This document shows positions 9,712-18,906 of a stretch of 64,000 bases of DNA, one piece after another; the first letter of the stretch is position 1; every line of letters begins with the position of its first letter. Both the position numbers and the translations under genes were made by a program. The stretch lies in IMG/VR virus record IMGVR_UViG_3300031992_000052, positions 1-64,000 of that record; one strand, written 5' to 3'. Source of the stretch: a virus (Duplodnaviria > Caudoviricetes). The notes under the pieces were generated by a model that made no database searches, was not told the DNA's origin, and saw only the letters and a program-made list of their open reading frames with translations.

Positions 9712-11097
9712 ATGAAACAGATTACAGAACGCTACAAGCAAGGCTTCGGCTACAACGGACTGACGAATGAGCTGACGCTGGCCGACGGCACACGGATTCG
9801 TGGTGCCTATAAGTTGATAGAGGCGGGCAGCGCCACGGCGAGCCACGACCCATTCAGGGGCTGGCAGAAGAGTGAGGGATTTCCCACCGACCAGAATGGT
9901 CAGACGGTGAACGACCGCGACTATGAGCACGATCGAGAGGCGCAGCAGGTGACGGAGCGCATAGCCGAGCACTACGACCAGCGGGCGCTGCAGACGCCGG
10001 TTGTGGTGACACGGGACGGCATCGTGCTCAGTGGTAACGGACGCACGATGGCCGGCGACCTGGCCGCACAGTGGGGAACGGACACCGACTATGTGGACTA
10101 TCTGGCCAAGTACCCGGAGCAGTTCGGGTTTACGATGGCATGGGTGAAGACGCTGCGCCACCCCCGCGTGGTGTTCGAGGTGTTCCAGACACCACCCTAT
10201 ACCACAGAGACTTTCGCCCGCTTCAATGCTCAGGAGATGAAGTCGATGAGCAAGACGGAGCAAGCGGTGAAGATGGGCAAGCTGGTGACTGACGAGCTGT
10301 TCCACCGGGTGTGCCGCACCATCAACCAGTACGACACGCTGGGCGAGTTCTACGGCGACGCCAGGGATGCGCTCGACGTGGTAAAGGACATGGTGACGGA
10401 GGGTGTGCTCAGTCAGGTGCAGATGGCCGAGATGACGGACGGCGACCGGCTAAGCGATGCCGGTCAGGAGGTGATAGAGAACCTGCTTATCGGTAAGGCT
10501 TTCGAGCGGAATCCCGATGCTGTAAGGCAGACGACCTCTGTACGCTCTATGCGCAAGATTATCATCACGGCACTGGCCGAGGTGGTGAACAGCATCTGCC
10601 TGGGTCCTGACTATTCGCTGGAGCAGGAGATGGCAAAGGCTATACGGCTGGTGTATGTCAGCCGACGGACGGGTGGCTACCATGAGGGCGACCGTGTGAG
10701 TGGCTTTGCCCGCCAGATGACGATGTTCGGCGACGAGCAGACCGTGGCCGACATGACCGACGGGGCGATGCTGCTCATCAGCGACCTGCTGAACGACAAG
10801 CGCTCGACACGGCTGAAGAAGGTGCTGGCCATCTATAACCACCACGCACAGGCTTCGGCCAGCGGCCAGGTGGATATGTTTACCGGCGGCGTGAAGACGA
10901 AGGCCGAGATACTCAGTGAGGTGTATCAGCTGCTGGGATGCGACGCTGAGATACGCGACCTGATGGGTACGGCAGTGAGGGCACGGACGGAGGCGGCGAG
11001 GGCTGCTGTGGTACAGCAGCAGACGGAACGAGCGGAGCCGACGTTTGCCGAAAGGCTGCGGGAGGCGCTGCTGAAGCACTATCGGGCGGCGGCGTAA
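9712..11097 (+). CDS. DdrB-like ParB-superfamily domain protein
   Basis: NDRDYEHD...PVVVTRDGIVLSGNGRTMA resembles the ParB-like DdrB domain of polyvalent proteins. Confidence 0.7.
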   Translation: MKQITERYKQGFGYNGLTNELTLADGTRIRGAYKLIEAGSATASHDPFRGWQKSEGFPTDQNGQTVNDRDYEHDREAQQVTERIAEHYDQRALQTPVVVTRDGIVLSGNGRTMAGDLAAQWGTDTDYVDYLAKYPEQFGFTMAWVKTLRHPRVVFEVFQTPPYTTETFARFNAQEMKSMSKTEQAVKMGKLVTDELFHRVCRTINQYDTLGEFYGDARDALDVVKDMVTEGVLSQVQMAEMTDGDRLSDAGQEVIENLLIGKAFERNPDAVRQTTSVRSMRKIIITALAEVVNSICLGPDYSLEQEMAKAIRLVYVSRRTGGYHEGDRVSGFARQMTMFGDEQTVADMTDGAMLLISDLLNDKRSTRLKKVLAIYNHHAQASASGQVDMFTGGVKTKAEILSEVYQLLGCDAEIRDLMGTAVRARTEAARAAVVQQQTERAEPTFAERLREALLKHYRAAA

Positions 11098-11124
11098 ACT
11101 TGAAACTTGAAACTTGAAACCAAT

Positions 11125-12537
11125 ATGGAATATTTTGCAAACTGTATGACCCACGAGCAACTGGAGCAGGAGCACCGGCGGCTTGTAATAAAGATGCACC
11201 CAGACCGGAACCCTGACAACCCCAACGCTACGGCTAAGTTCCAGGAGATGCAGCAGCAGTATGAGGAACGCAAGGCGGAGCTGAACGGCGACTATACCAA
11301 GTCGGCAAGAGGGCGCGAGCGGAGAGAGCGGGAGCGCCGGGAGCGTGAGGAACGGGAGCGCAAGGAGCGCGAACAGAACCGGCTGGCCGAGGTGCTGGAG
11401 CAGGCACGGCGCAACAAGCAGAAGCGGCACACGGAGCTGAAGGCGGGCGACTTCATCTATGCCCGGCAGGTGAACGTGGGCAAGGTGGCTATGGCCTTTG
11501 CCCGTATGGAGCCGCTGCTGCGGGAGGTGCTGACCGCAGGACTGGCCGACGAAGCGGTGGTGATGGTAGAGACTATCGTGGAGATGAGCGACGAGCAGCT
11601 GATGAACAACGACCTGAACTATGAGCTGCCAGACGGCGGACCGTGGGGCGGATGGGAAACCATTCAGAGTGCCGACCCTGCCAACGGCATCCGCAAGGCC
11701 AAGCGCGTGGCGAAGGTGGTGATGTTCCGCTCGCCAAGCTACTGCGTGATGGGCAGCCCCATGGGTGACCCGATGATAAGCCGCTTCTACATGCCCTGCG
11801 GCTACGGCGAGATGTATCAGAAACAGCTCGACGCCATGCTGGCTAAGATACGCCACGAGCAGCAGGAGCAGCAGCGCATCGAGGCGGAGCGCAAGGCACG
11901 CATCGAGACGGAGCAAAGGCCGCTGATAGACGAGTGGCAGGGGAAGCTGATTACTATCAGCCGAGGACTGACCGACGCGGAGCAGCAGACGGTGGCGATC
12001 AGTAACCTGAAGGCGGTGCTGAAGGGGCGGTTCCCGGGGGTGACGTTCACGGTGAAGAGCACTAAGAGCAGCTACGGCAAGCATCAGTATTATGAGCTGA
12101 CGTGGGAGGACGGGCCGACGGTGCAGGAGGTGACGGACGTGGAACGGCTGTTCGACCCCTGCTATGACAGCGACACGTTTTCTACCCCGTGGACGGAGCG
12201 CTTCGGCAAGGTGCTCTTCGGGAGCAGGACGCGCAAGATGAACGTGCTGACGAAGGCGCGTATCTTGCAGCAGTTGGGCGGCGTGGCGGATGCCTTCTGT
12301 CAGGGCGACATCGACGACGAGGTGACGGTCAGCGACGACGACTGGACGATGCTACACCTGATGGTGGGCGTGAGCACCAGCGACAAGGACGCTACGCTAT
12401 GCCGCTCGACGCTGAAGGCTGACGGCACACGGCGGGTGCATATCGGCACGGCTGTGCGCTATGTGTTCGACAGGACGAGCTATGTAAAGGCTAAGGTCAC
12501 ACGGAAATCACAGAAAGCACAGAAGCAGGCGGCGTGA
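11125..12537 (+). CDS. DnaJ (J-domain) protein with C-terminal LPD29-like domain
   Basis: HRRLVIKMHPDRNPD...KFQEMQQQYE (HPD motif); NLKAVLKGRFPGVTFTVKS...LTWEDGPT resembles LPD29. Confidence 0.72.
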   Translation: MEYFANCMTHEQLEQEHRRLVIKMHPDRNPDNPNATAKFQEMQQQYEERKAELNGDYTKSARGRERRERERREREERERKEREQNRLAEVLEQARRNKQKRHTELKAGDFIYARQVNVGKVAMAFARMEPLLREVLTAGLADEAVVMVETIVEMSDEQLMNNDLNYELPDGGPWGGWETIQSADPANGIRKAKRVAKVVMFRSPSYCVMGSPMGDPMISRFYMPCGYGEMYQKQLDAMLAKIRHEQQEQQRIEAERKARIETEQRPLIDEWQGKLITISRGLTDAEQQTVAISNLKAVLKGRFPGVTFTVKSTKSSYGKHQYYELTWEDGPTVQEVTDVERLFDPCYDSDTFSTPWTERFGKVLFGSRTRKMNVLTKARILQQLGGVADAFCQGDIDDEVTVSDDDWTMLHLMVGVSTSDKDATLCRSTLKADGTRRVHIGTAVRYVFDRTSYVKAKVTRKSQKAQKQAA

Positions 12538-12613
12538 GGATTTTGGAAAGAAATTATCAGAAATTAAACAGAAATTATTTTAACCCCCAAGTCCCGGAAG
12601 GGCAAAGAAAATT

Positions 12614-13024
12614 ATGAAGACTATCGACGAGATTATCAACAACGAGAATTACAAGAGACTGAATGGCGCGTTGGTAGACCGCAGCATTGAGATTGCGGGT
12701 AAAATCCGCGAAGCCATGCAGTCGGCTGAGATTAAGGAAGTCGGCGACTATTCCATCCAGACTGTGCGCAGCCGCTCCGGATTCAGTACAACGGATTTGT
12801 ATGTGCTGGCAGAATGTGACGACTATCCCGTGTACCACTGTCTCGAAATTGAAAACAGCAAGCACTTCGCTAACGACTTCAACTGCTGGATGCAGAAGGC
12901 TACCGGCAAGGAACGCTTGAAGTTCCTGAACGATGCCAAAAGCGTGCTGGAGGAGATAGAGGCTATCAAGCAGAAGCGAATGGAGGATGTGGAAGATGCG
13001 CTGAAGGCTGTCGAAGGGCTGTAA
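12614..13024 (+). CDS. hypothetical protein
   Basis: 136-aa ORF. Confidence 0.75.
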   Translation: MKTIDEIINNENYKRLNGALVDRSIEIAGKIREAMQSAEIKEVGDYSIQTVRSRSGFSTTDLYVLAECDDYPVYHCLEIENSKHFANDFNCWMQKATGKERLKFLNDAKSVLEEIEAIKQKRMEDVEDALKAVEGL

Positions 13025-13027
13025 AGG

Positions 13028-13052
13028 AAAAAGGGAGGCCCTGAGCCTCCCT
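13028..13052 (-). terminator. Rho-independent terminator of the minus-strand CRISPR-mimic RNA
   Basis: Minus strand AGGGAGGC-TCAGG-GCCTCCCT followed by TTTT. Confidence 0.8.
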
Positions 13053-13138
13053 AAATCCTCGCATTGCTGCGACATCTACCAGAGTAGAAATTTGAACTAT
13101 TAAGTTCGTTTCAATCCACAAGCCCTTTCGGACTTGAC
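13051..13138 (-). CRISPR. cas-less mini-array / CRISPR-repeat mimic RNA: I-C-like repeat, 34-nt pseudo-spacer containing a Cas12a handle, degenerate I-C repeat
   Basis: Minus strand: GTCAAGTCCGAAAGGGCTTGTGGATTGAAAC | GAACTTAATAGTTCA-AATTTCTACTCTGGTAGAT | GTCGCAGCAATGCGAGGATTTAG. Confidence 0.78.
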
Positions 13139-13142
13139 GGTG

Positions 13143-13174
13143 CAAAGATATCACTTTTGTTCCGAACGTCCAAG
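13143..13174 (-). promoter_or_regulatory. Bacteroidetes housekeeping-type promoter for the CRISPR-mimic RNA
   Basis: CTTG-N20-TATCTTTG fits the -33 TTTG / -7 TAnnTTTG consensus; ends 4 nt before the repeat. Confidence 0.75.
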
Positions 13175-13228
13175 AGGGCTGTGGATATTTTACGGAAAAT
13201 TAACAACAGACAAAATCAATCGAGAGTT

Positions 13229-13720
13229 ATGAGAATAGGACAGCATTACTTTCCTGAGTATGCCCTGTATTACAGAGGCTATGGACTGACGAACGGGGAT
13301 GGCGGCAGATGCTGCGCAATGCACGACACGCCGGAACTGTATGACAAGTGCGACTATCCTAACATCGGACTGGGATGGCCGGTGGATAAGGGCCGCGACT
13401 ACAACCTGGAGGAGATGAAGCAGCGCATCGACGAAGTGATAGCCGAGCGAGAGCGGCGCATCGGGTGGGTGAAGGAGTTTGCACAGACACAGAAGAAGCC
13501 CGACTGGACGGAGCGTTATCTGCTGGAATCCTGCGACCCGAACAATGACGACGGACACAGAGGCAGGAGCCACCATACGGAGGCAGAGCTTTACCACATG
13601 TGGAGCGACGGCATACACTACTATATGCGATGGGGCATGGGGTTCGTAAAGGTATCGAAGACAAAGTACCTCTATCGCCAGTTCCTGATTGAGAAAGGAT
13701 ATATTGAGGATAAGGACTAA
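13229..13720 (+). CDS. hypothetical protein
   Basis: ORF; start moved to GAGTTATG. Confidence 0.7.
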   Translation: MRIGQHYFPEYALYYRGYGLTNGDGGRCCAMHDTPELYDKCDYPNIGLGWPVDKGRDYNLEEMKQRIDEVIAERERRIGWVKEFAQTQKKPDWTERYLLESCDPNNDDGHRGRSHHTEAELYHMWSDGIHYYMRWGMGFVKVSKTKYLYRQFLIEKGYIEDKD

Positions 13721-13734
13721 AGCGACAACGAGAT

Positions 13735-16700
13735 ATGAGTAAGTTATCAAGACTGCGCGACAACATCGAGGCACTGCAGCATGCGATGACCTCGACGAGT
13801 GAGTATGACCAGAGTATTCTGAATAAGTATTCGGGCTTCGGAGGGCTGAACTTCGTGCTAAACCCGCTGGAGCCGACGGCATGGACGAAGAGCGACATGG
13901 TGTACTATCAGGACACCGTGCGGCTGCATGAGCTGCTGCGAGAGGAAGCGGGGAGCGATAAGGAGTATCAGGCATGGGTGGAGAGCCTGAAGGCAAGCAC
14001 GCTCACGGCGTATTATACGCCACGGGAGGTGGTGCATGCCATCGGCAAGGCACTCTATAGTTGGTATAACGTAGATCAATGGTCGCGCCGTCCTCACACG
14101 ATGCTTGACCCTGCGGCTGGCATGGGGGCTTTTGCCCGCTGGATTGGCAGTGGCGTGACGGCTATGAGGGATGGCCTTGTTATAGCCTACGAAAAAGACC
14201 TACTGACAGGACTGATGCTGGAGAGACGGATGTCTAACAACAGCAAGACTGTTGTCCGTACTAAGGGCTTCGAGACTATCCCGGCATCGGAGCTGGGCAA
14301 GTACGACCTGGTGAGTACGAATGTTCCGTTCGGGGACATTAGGGTGTTTGACCCTGACTATACGAACTCGAAGAGCCAGGTGCGCAGGGATGCGGCGAAG
14401 ATGATCCACCGCTACTATGTGCTGAAAGGGCTGGACTGCCTGCGAGAGGGTGGGGTGTTAGCTTACATTATCACGAGCAACTACCTGAACCGTGACAGCG
14501 AGCAGATAGGCGAGGCGCTGAAGCAGGCACGGCTCATCGGGGCGTATCGGTTGGCGAACAATCTCTTCAAGGAGAGTGGCACCGAGGTAGGCACTGACCT
14601 CTTAGTGATGCAGAAGGACTCGAAGCGCGGCGAGCTGACCGAGGAAGAGACGATGCTGCTGACGCAGTATGAGGACGGGGGGTGCCCGACGAATATGTAC
14701 TTCGACATGTGGCCGGAGCGAGTGATTGCCACGGCGTGGACGGTTGACACGGATGCCTATGGAAAGAGGGCGTTTGTGTATAAGCACCGCGACGGTGTGG
14801 CAGGAATTGCACAGCAGCTGGGGGAGGTGCTGAGCAAGGACCTGAAGAAAGGCCTCACCCCCGACCCCTCTCCGAAGGGCGAGGGGAGTGACGACCAAAA
14901 GGGCAAGGAGAAGGCCAAGAGCGAGAAGCAGGAGCGCAAGGAGGAGAGGATGACTATTAAGGAGAGTATTTTGCGAGAGCTTTGCTTCGACTATCAGATG
15001 TTGTACAAGAAGGAAGCGGAGGAGATGGCTGAGCAGCCGGAACTCCGAAAGGAGATAAACCGCCTCTATGACGGCTTCGTTGAAAAATGGGGTCTGCTGA
15101 ACAAGCCGGAGAACGTGAAGTTCATAAAGGCTATCAAAGGCTTTGGCAATATCGCAGAACTGCTGACACTGGAGATACTGGAGGGCGGCAAGTGGCGCAA
15201 GGCTGACATCTTCGACAGGCCGGTGGCGTTCTCGACGGACGAGATGCACAGCGTGACGGACAGTCACGAGGCGCTGGCGCAGAGCCTGAATGACTATGGC
15301 AAGCCCGATGTGCGCTATATGGCTGCGCTGACGGGCAAGAGCGAGGAGGAAATCTGCGACGAGCTGGACGGGGAGATATACTATAATCCCCTGAGCGAGG
15401 AGTGGGAGATTAAGGCTCGCTTTATCAGCGGGAATGTGATTGAGAAGATAGATGCTATCCTGCGGAAGTACCCGGAGGCTGCGGACGCTCGGGCGGATTT
15501 GCAATCCGACCGCGACGAGTATAAGGACTTGCAGTCCGACAAGAACGGCGAGCGCATTAAAAATGCTGATACTCACAGCGACGGGATTGCAAATCCCGCC
15601 GAGCTGCGCGAGAAGACGCAGGCTCTCTATATCCGCCGCTCCTTGGATGCGCTGAAGAAGGCGGTGCCTGAGCCTATCCCCTTCGATGATCTGGACTTCA
15701 ATCTCGGTGAGCGATGGGTGGACTGTAAAATCTACGAGGACTTTGCCTCGGAGTTCTTCTCGATGGAGGGCGACGAGTGGGGCAGTAAGGTGGAGGTGAC
15801 GGTGCGGTACGACCGCAACCTGGACCAGTATGCCTGCGCCAGTGACCGTGGCAATGAGAAAATATATACCCAGTATGCCGTGAGCAGCGAGGCCAGCCAG
15901 CCGATTGACGGCATGGGGCTGCTGCAGCATGCGCTGCAGAACTCCTGCCCAAAGATGATGAAGTATCGACGTGACGAGCGGGGCCGCAAGATTCAGCAGG
16001 GCAAGAGCTATGCCAAGGACGAGGACCCGGAGGCTACGCAGAAGGCGAACACGCTGATTGAGGAAATCCGACAGGGCTATCAGGACTGGCTCTTGCGACA
16101 GCCGAAGACGCTGCGCGACGGGCTGGCTGATAAGTACAACCGACTGTTCAACTGCCATGTGAAGCCGCAGTTCGACGGCTCGCACCAGCGGTTCCCCGGC
16201 ATCGACTGGCAGGGGCTGGAGCAGAAATACGGCATACCGCAGCCGGTGTATAAGGACGGCAAGAAGGTGAGCGGTGGTCTGTATAAGAGCCAGGAGGACT
16301 GCATCTGGATGCTGGTGATGAACGGCGGCGGCATCTGCGACCACGAGGTAGGCTCAGGCAAGACGCTTATCATGTGTCTCGCCGCCCACGAGATGAAGCG
16401 CTTAGGTTTCTGCCACAAGCCGATGATTATCGGACTGAAGGCTAACGTGGCCGCCATTGCCGAGACCTACATGACGGCCTACCCCAAGGCCCGCGTGCTC
16501 TATGCCAAGCATGCCGACTACTCAGGCAAGGAGCGGGAGAACTTCTTCAACCGCATGAAGAACAACGACTGGGACGTGGTGATCATGTCGCACGACCAGT
16601 TCGGGTTCATACCGCAGTCGGACGAGGTGCAGGCCGACGTCATCCGTGAGGAGCTGAACCACCTGAACGAGAGCCTGAGCGCACTCTACGGGTCGTATGA

Positions 16701-18894
16701 CAGCGTGTCGAGCCGACTGAAGCGCGGACTGGAGAAGAAGAAAGCCAACTTGCAATCGAAACTTCAGGACTTGCAATATTCTATTCGCAAGCGCACTGAC
16801 GACGTGGTGGACTTCAAGATGATGGGTATCGACCACATCTTTATCGACGAGAGCCACCAGTTCAAGAACCTGGGCTTCACCACCCGTCACGACCGCGTGG
16901 CAGGCTTAGGCAACACGGACGGAAGCAAGCGGGCCTACAATCTGCTGATGGCTATCCGTACCATTCAGCAGCGCACGGGCCGTGACCTCGGAGCCACGTT
17001 CCTCAGTGGCACCACGATTACGAACTCGCTGACGGAGCTGTACTCGCTGTTCCGCTACCTGCGACCGCAGGAGATGGCCAAGCAGGGTATCACCTGTTTC
17101 GATGCCTGGGCCGCTATCTTTACCCGTAAGACGCAGGAGTATGAGTTCGGGCTGACCAACCAGATTGTGCTGAAGGAGCGGTTCAGATACTTCATCAAGG
17201 TGCCGGAGCTGGCGCAGTTCTACAACGAGATAACCGACTACCGCACGGCGAAGGACGTAGGCATAGAGCGGCCCGAGAAGTACGCCCGACTGATGCACAT
17301 CGAACCGACCCCCGACCAGGAGGAGTTTATCCACACGCTGATGAGGTTTGCCGAGACGGGCGACTTCTCGCTGATAGGCATCGACAACCCCACCAAGCAG
17401 CAGGAGATGGCGAAGATGCTCTACGCAACGGACCTGGCCCGCAAGATGTCGCTCGACATGCGGCTGATTGACCCGGCGTATGGCGACCACCCACGGAGCA
17501 AGGCGAGCATGTGCGCCAAGATGGTAGCCCAATACTATCACAAGTTCGAGGACGTGAAGGGTACGCAGATGATCTTCAGCGACCTCTCGACGTGGCAGAA
17601 CGACGGGAAGTTTAACATCTACGAGGAGATCAAGCGCAAGCTGGTGGAGGACTACGGCATACCGGCCTCGGAGATACGCTTCATTCAGGAAGCCCGCTGC
17701 GACACGAAGAAGAAGAAGCTCATCCACGAGGTGAACGACGGCGACGTGCGTATTCTCTTCGGCTCAACCTCTATGCTCGGCACTGGCGTGAACGCCCAGG
17801 AGCGCGTCGTGGCGGTGCATCACCTCGACACCCCCTGGCGCCCCGCCGACCTGGAACAGCGCGACGGCAGGGCCGTGCGTAAGGGCAACGTCGTGGCCCG
17901 CGATTATGGCGACAACAAAGTGGATGTAATCATCTACGCCGTGAAGCGCAGTCTGGATGCCTATAAGTTCAATCTCCTGCACTGCAAGCAGACGTTTATC
18001 CAGCAGCTGAAGCAGGGGCAGTTGGGCAAGCGCACCCTCGACGAGGGCTCGATGGACGAGAAGGGCAATATGAACTTCGCAGAGTATATGGCTATCCTCT
18101 CGGGTAACACCGACCTGCTGGAGCGTGCCAAGCTCGACAAGAAGATTGCTGCCCTGGAGGTGGAGAAGAAAAATTTCCACCGCGACCAGCGACAGGCAGA
18201 GGAGCGCCGCGACCGGCTGCAGAAGGACGTGGAGCGGCTGAAGCAGGATGTCCTGGATGCACAGACCGACCAGCAGCAGTTCGACGCAAGGAAGCAGCTG
18301 GGCGAGCAGGGCGAGGTGCTGAACATGCTCACGCTCGACGGCTTCACCGTGCCCGACGGTTTTTCCGTCGGAAGTGCCGACTATGCGAAGGCCATCGGTG
18401 AGCGGCTGTGGCGCATTGAGCAGACGGCTCGCACACAGGGTGTCCGCCTGAAGATAGGTCAGCTCTACGGCTTCGACCTCATGGTGAAGACCAACGAGCA
18501 GAAAGTGCGCGACGCCGACGGCAACGAGTCGATGGAGTACACCAACCTCTTCTCGCTGCAGGGCCAGCGCATCCTGCACACCGTGAACAACGGCAAGCTC
18601 TCGCACCTCTCGCCCCGTCTGGCAGCGGAGTATGCTCTGCGCTGTCTGCAGGAGCTGCCCCGCCGCATCGCCGACTGGCAACGCTGGATAGCCGACAACA
18701 ACGTGACTATCCGCCAGCTCGACGAACTGCTGCGCCAGACGTGGAGCAAGGAGGACGAGCTGCGCCGCGCCAAGGCCGACCTCGCCAAGCTCGACCGCAA
18801 GATTAACGCTGAGATGAACGGCAAGAAATCCGGCGGCTCATCGGACGATGGCAGTGCCTCCGAGGCCGACGGCGGGCTGAAGCAGGCGGCGTAA
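13735..18894 (+). CDS. DarB-like N6-adenine methyltransferase / SNF2-family helicase fusion
   Basis: MTase motifs LDPAAGMGAF and TNVPFG; helicase motifs HEVGSGKT, IDESHQFKN, LSGT, QRDGRAVRKGN. Confidence 0.9.
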   Translation: MSKLSRLRDNIEALQHAMTSTSEYDQSILNKYSGFGGLNFVLNPLEPTAWTKSDMVYYQDTVRLHELLREEAGSDKEYQAWVESLKASTLTAYYTPREVVHAIGKALYSWYNVDQWSRRPHTMLDPAAGMGAFARWIGSGVTAMRDGLVIAYEKDLLTGLMLERRMSNNSKTVVRTKGFETIPASELGKYDLVSTNVPFGDIRVFDPDYTNSKSQVRRDAAKMIHRYYVLKGLDCLREGGVLAYIITSNYLNRDSEQIGEALKQARLIGAYRLANNLFKESGTEVGTDLLVMQKDSKRGELTEEETMLLTQYEDGGCPTNMYFDMWPERVIATAWTVDTDAYGKRAFVYKHRDGVAGIAQQLGEVLSKDLKKGLTPDPSPKGEGSDDQKGKEKAKSEKQERKEERMTIKESILRELCFDYQMLYKKEAEEMAEQPELRKEINRLYDGFVEKWGLLNKPENVKFIKAIKGFGNIAELLTLEILEGGKWRKADIFDRPVAFSTDEMHSVTDSHEALAQSLNDYGKPDVRYMAALTGKSEEEICDELDGEIYYNPLSEEWEIKARFISGNVIEKIDAILRKYPEAADARADLQSDRDEYKDLQSDKNGERIKNADTHSDGIANPAELREKTQALYIRRSLDALKKAVPEPIPFDDLDFNLGERWVDCKIYEDFASEFFSMEGDEWGSKVEVTVRYDRNLDQYACASDRGNEKIYTQYAVSSEASQPIDGMGLLQHALQNSCPKMMKYRRDERGRKIQQGKSYAKDEDPEATQKANTLIEEIRQGYQDWLLRQPKTLRDGLADKYNRLFNCHVKPQFDGSHQRFPGIDWQGLEQKYGIPQPVYKDGKKVSGGLYKSQEDCIWMLVMNGGGICDHEVGSGKTLIMCLAAHEMKRLGFCHKPMIIGLKANVAAIAETYMTAYPKARVLYAKHADYSGKERENFFNRMKNNDWDVVIMSHDQFGFIPQSDEVQADVIREELNHLNESLSALYGSYDSVSSRLKRGLEKKKANLQSKLQDLQYSIRKRTDDVVDFKMMGIDHIFIDESHQFKNLGFTTRHDRVAGLGNTDGSKRAYNLLMAIRTIQQRTGRDLGATFLSGTTITNSLTELYSLFRYLRPQEMAKQGITCFDAWAAIFTRKTQEYEFGLTNQIVLKERFRYFIKVPELAQFYNEITDYRTAKDVGIERPEKYARLMHIEPTPDQEEFIHTLMRFAETGDFSLIGIDNPTKQQEMAKMLYATDLARKMSLDMRLIDPAYGDHPRSKASMCAKMVAQYYHKFEDVKGTQMIFSDLSTWQNDGKFNIYEEIKRKLVEDYGIPASEIRFIQEARCDTKKKKLIHEVNDGDVRILFGSTSMLGTGVNAQERVVAVHHLDTPWRPADLEQRDGRAVRKGNVVARDYGDNKVDVIIYAVKRSLDAYKFNLLHCKQTFIQQLKQGQLGKRTLDEGSMDEKGNMNFAEYMAILSGNTDLLERAKLDKKIAALEVEKKNFHRDQRQAEERRDRLQKDVERLKQDVLDAQTDQQQFDARKQLGEQGEVLNMLTLDGFTVPDGFSVGSADYAKAIGERLWRIEQTARTQGVRLKIGQLYGFDLMVKTNEQKVRDADGNESMEYTNLFSLQGQRILHTVNNGKLSHLSPRLAAEYALRCLQELPRRIADWQRWIADNNVTIRQLDELLRQTWSKEDELRRAKADLAKLDRKINAEMNGKKSGGSSDDGSASEADGGLKQAA
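14853..14890. repeat. REP-like palindrome in frame within the methylase-helicase
   Basis: CCCCTC-TCCGAAGGGC-GAGGGG stem, encoding LTPDPSPKGEGS in a linker. Confidence 0.6.
15487..15604. mobile_element. 118-bp MITE/REP-like element in frame within the methylase-helicase
   Basis: Near-perfect 21-nt terminal inverted repeats GCTCGGGCGGATTTGCAATCC / GGATTGCAAATCCCGCCGAGC and internal palindromic units. Confidence 0.7.
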
Positions 18895-18906
18895 ACACCC
18901 CGATTT

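Noticed and set aside
10450-18681. Long minus-strand ORFs (e.g. 10450-12084, 14602-16344, 17764-18681)
   Set aside because: Antisense shadows of GC3-rich real genes, with no recognisable motifs
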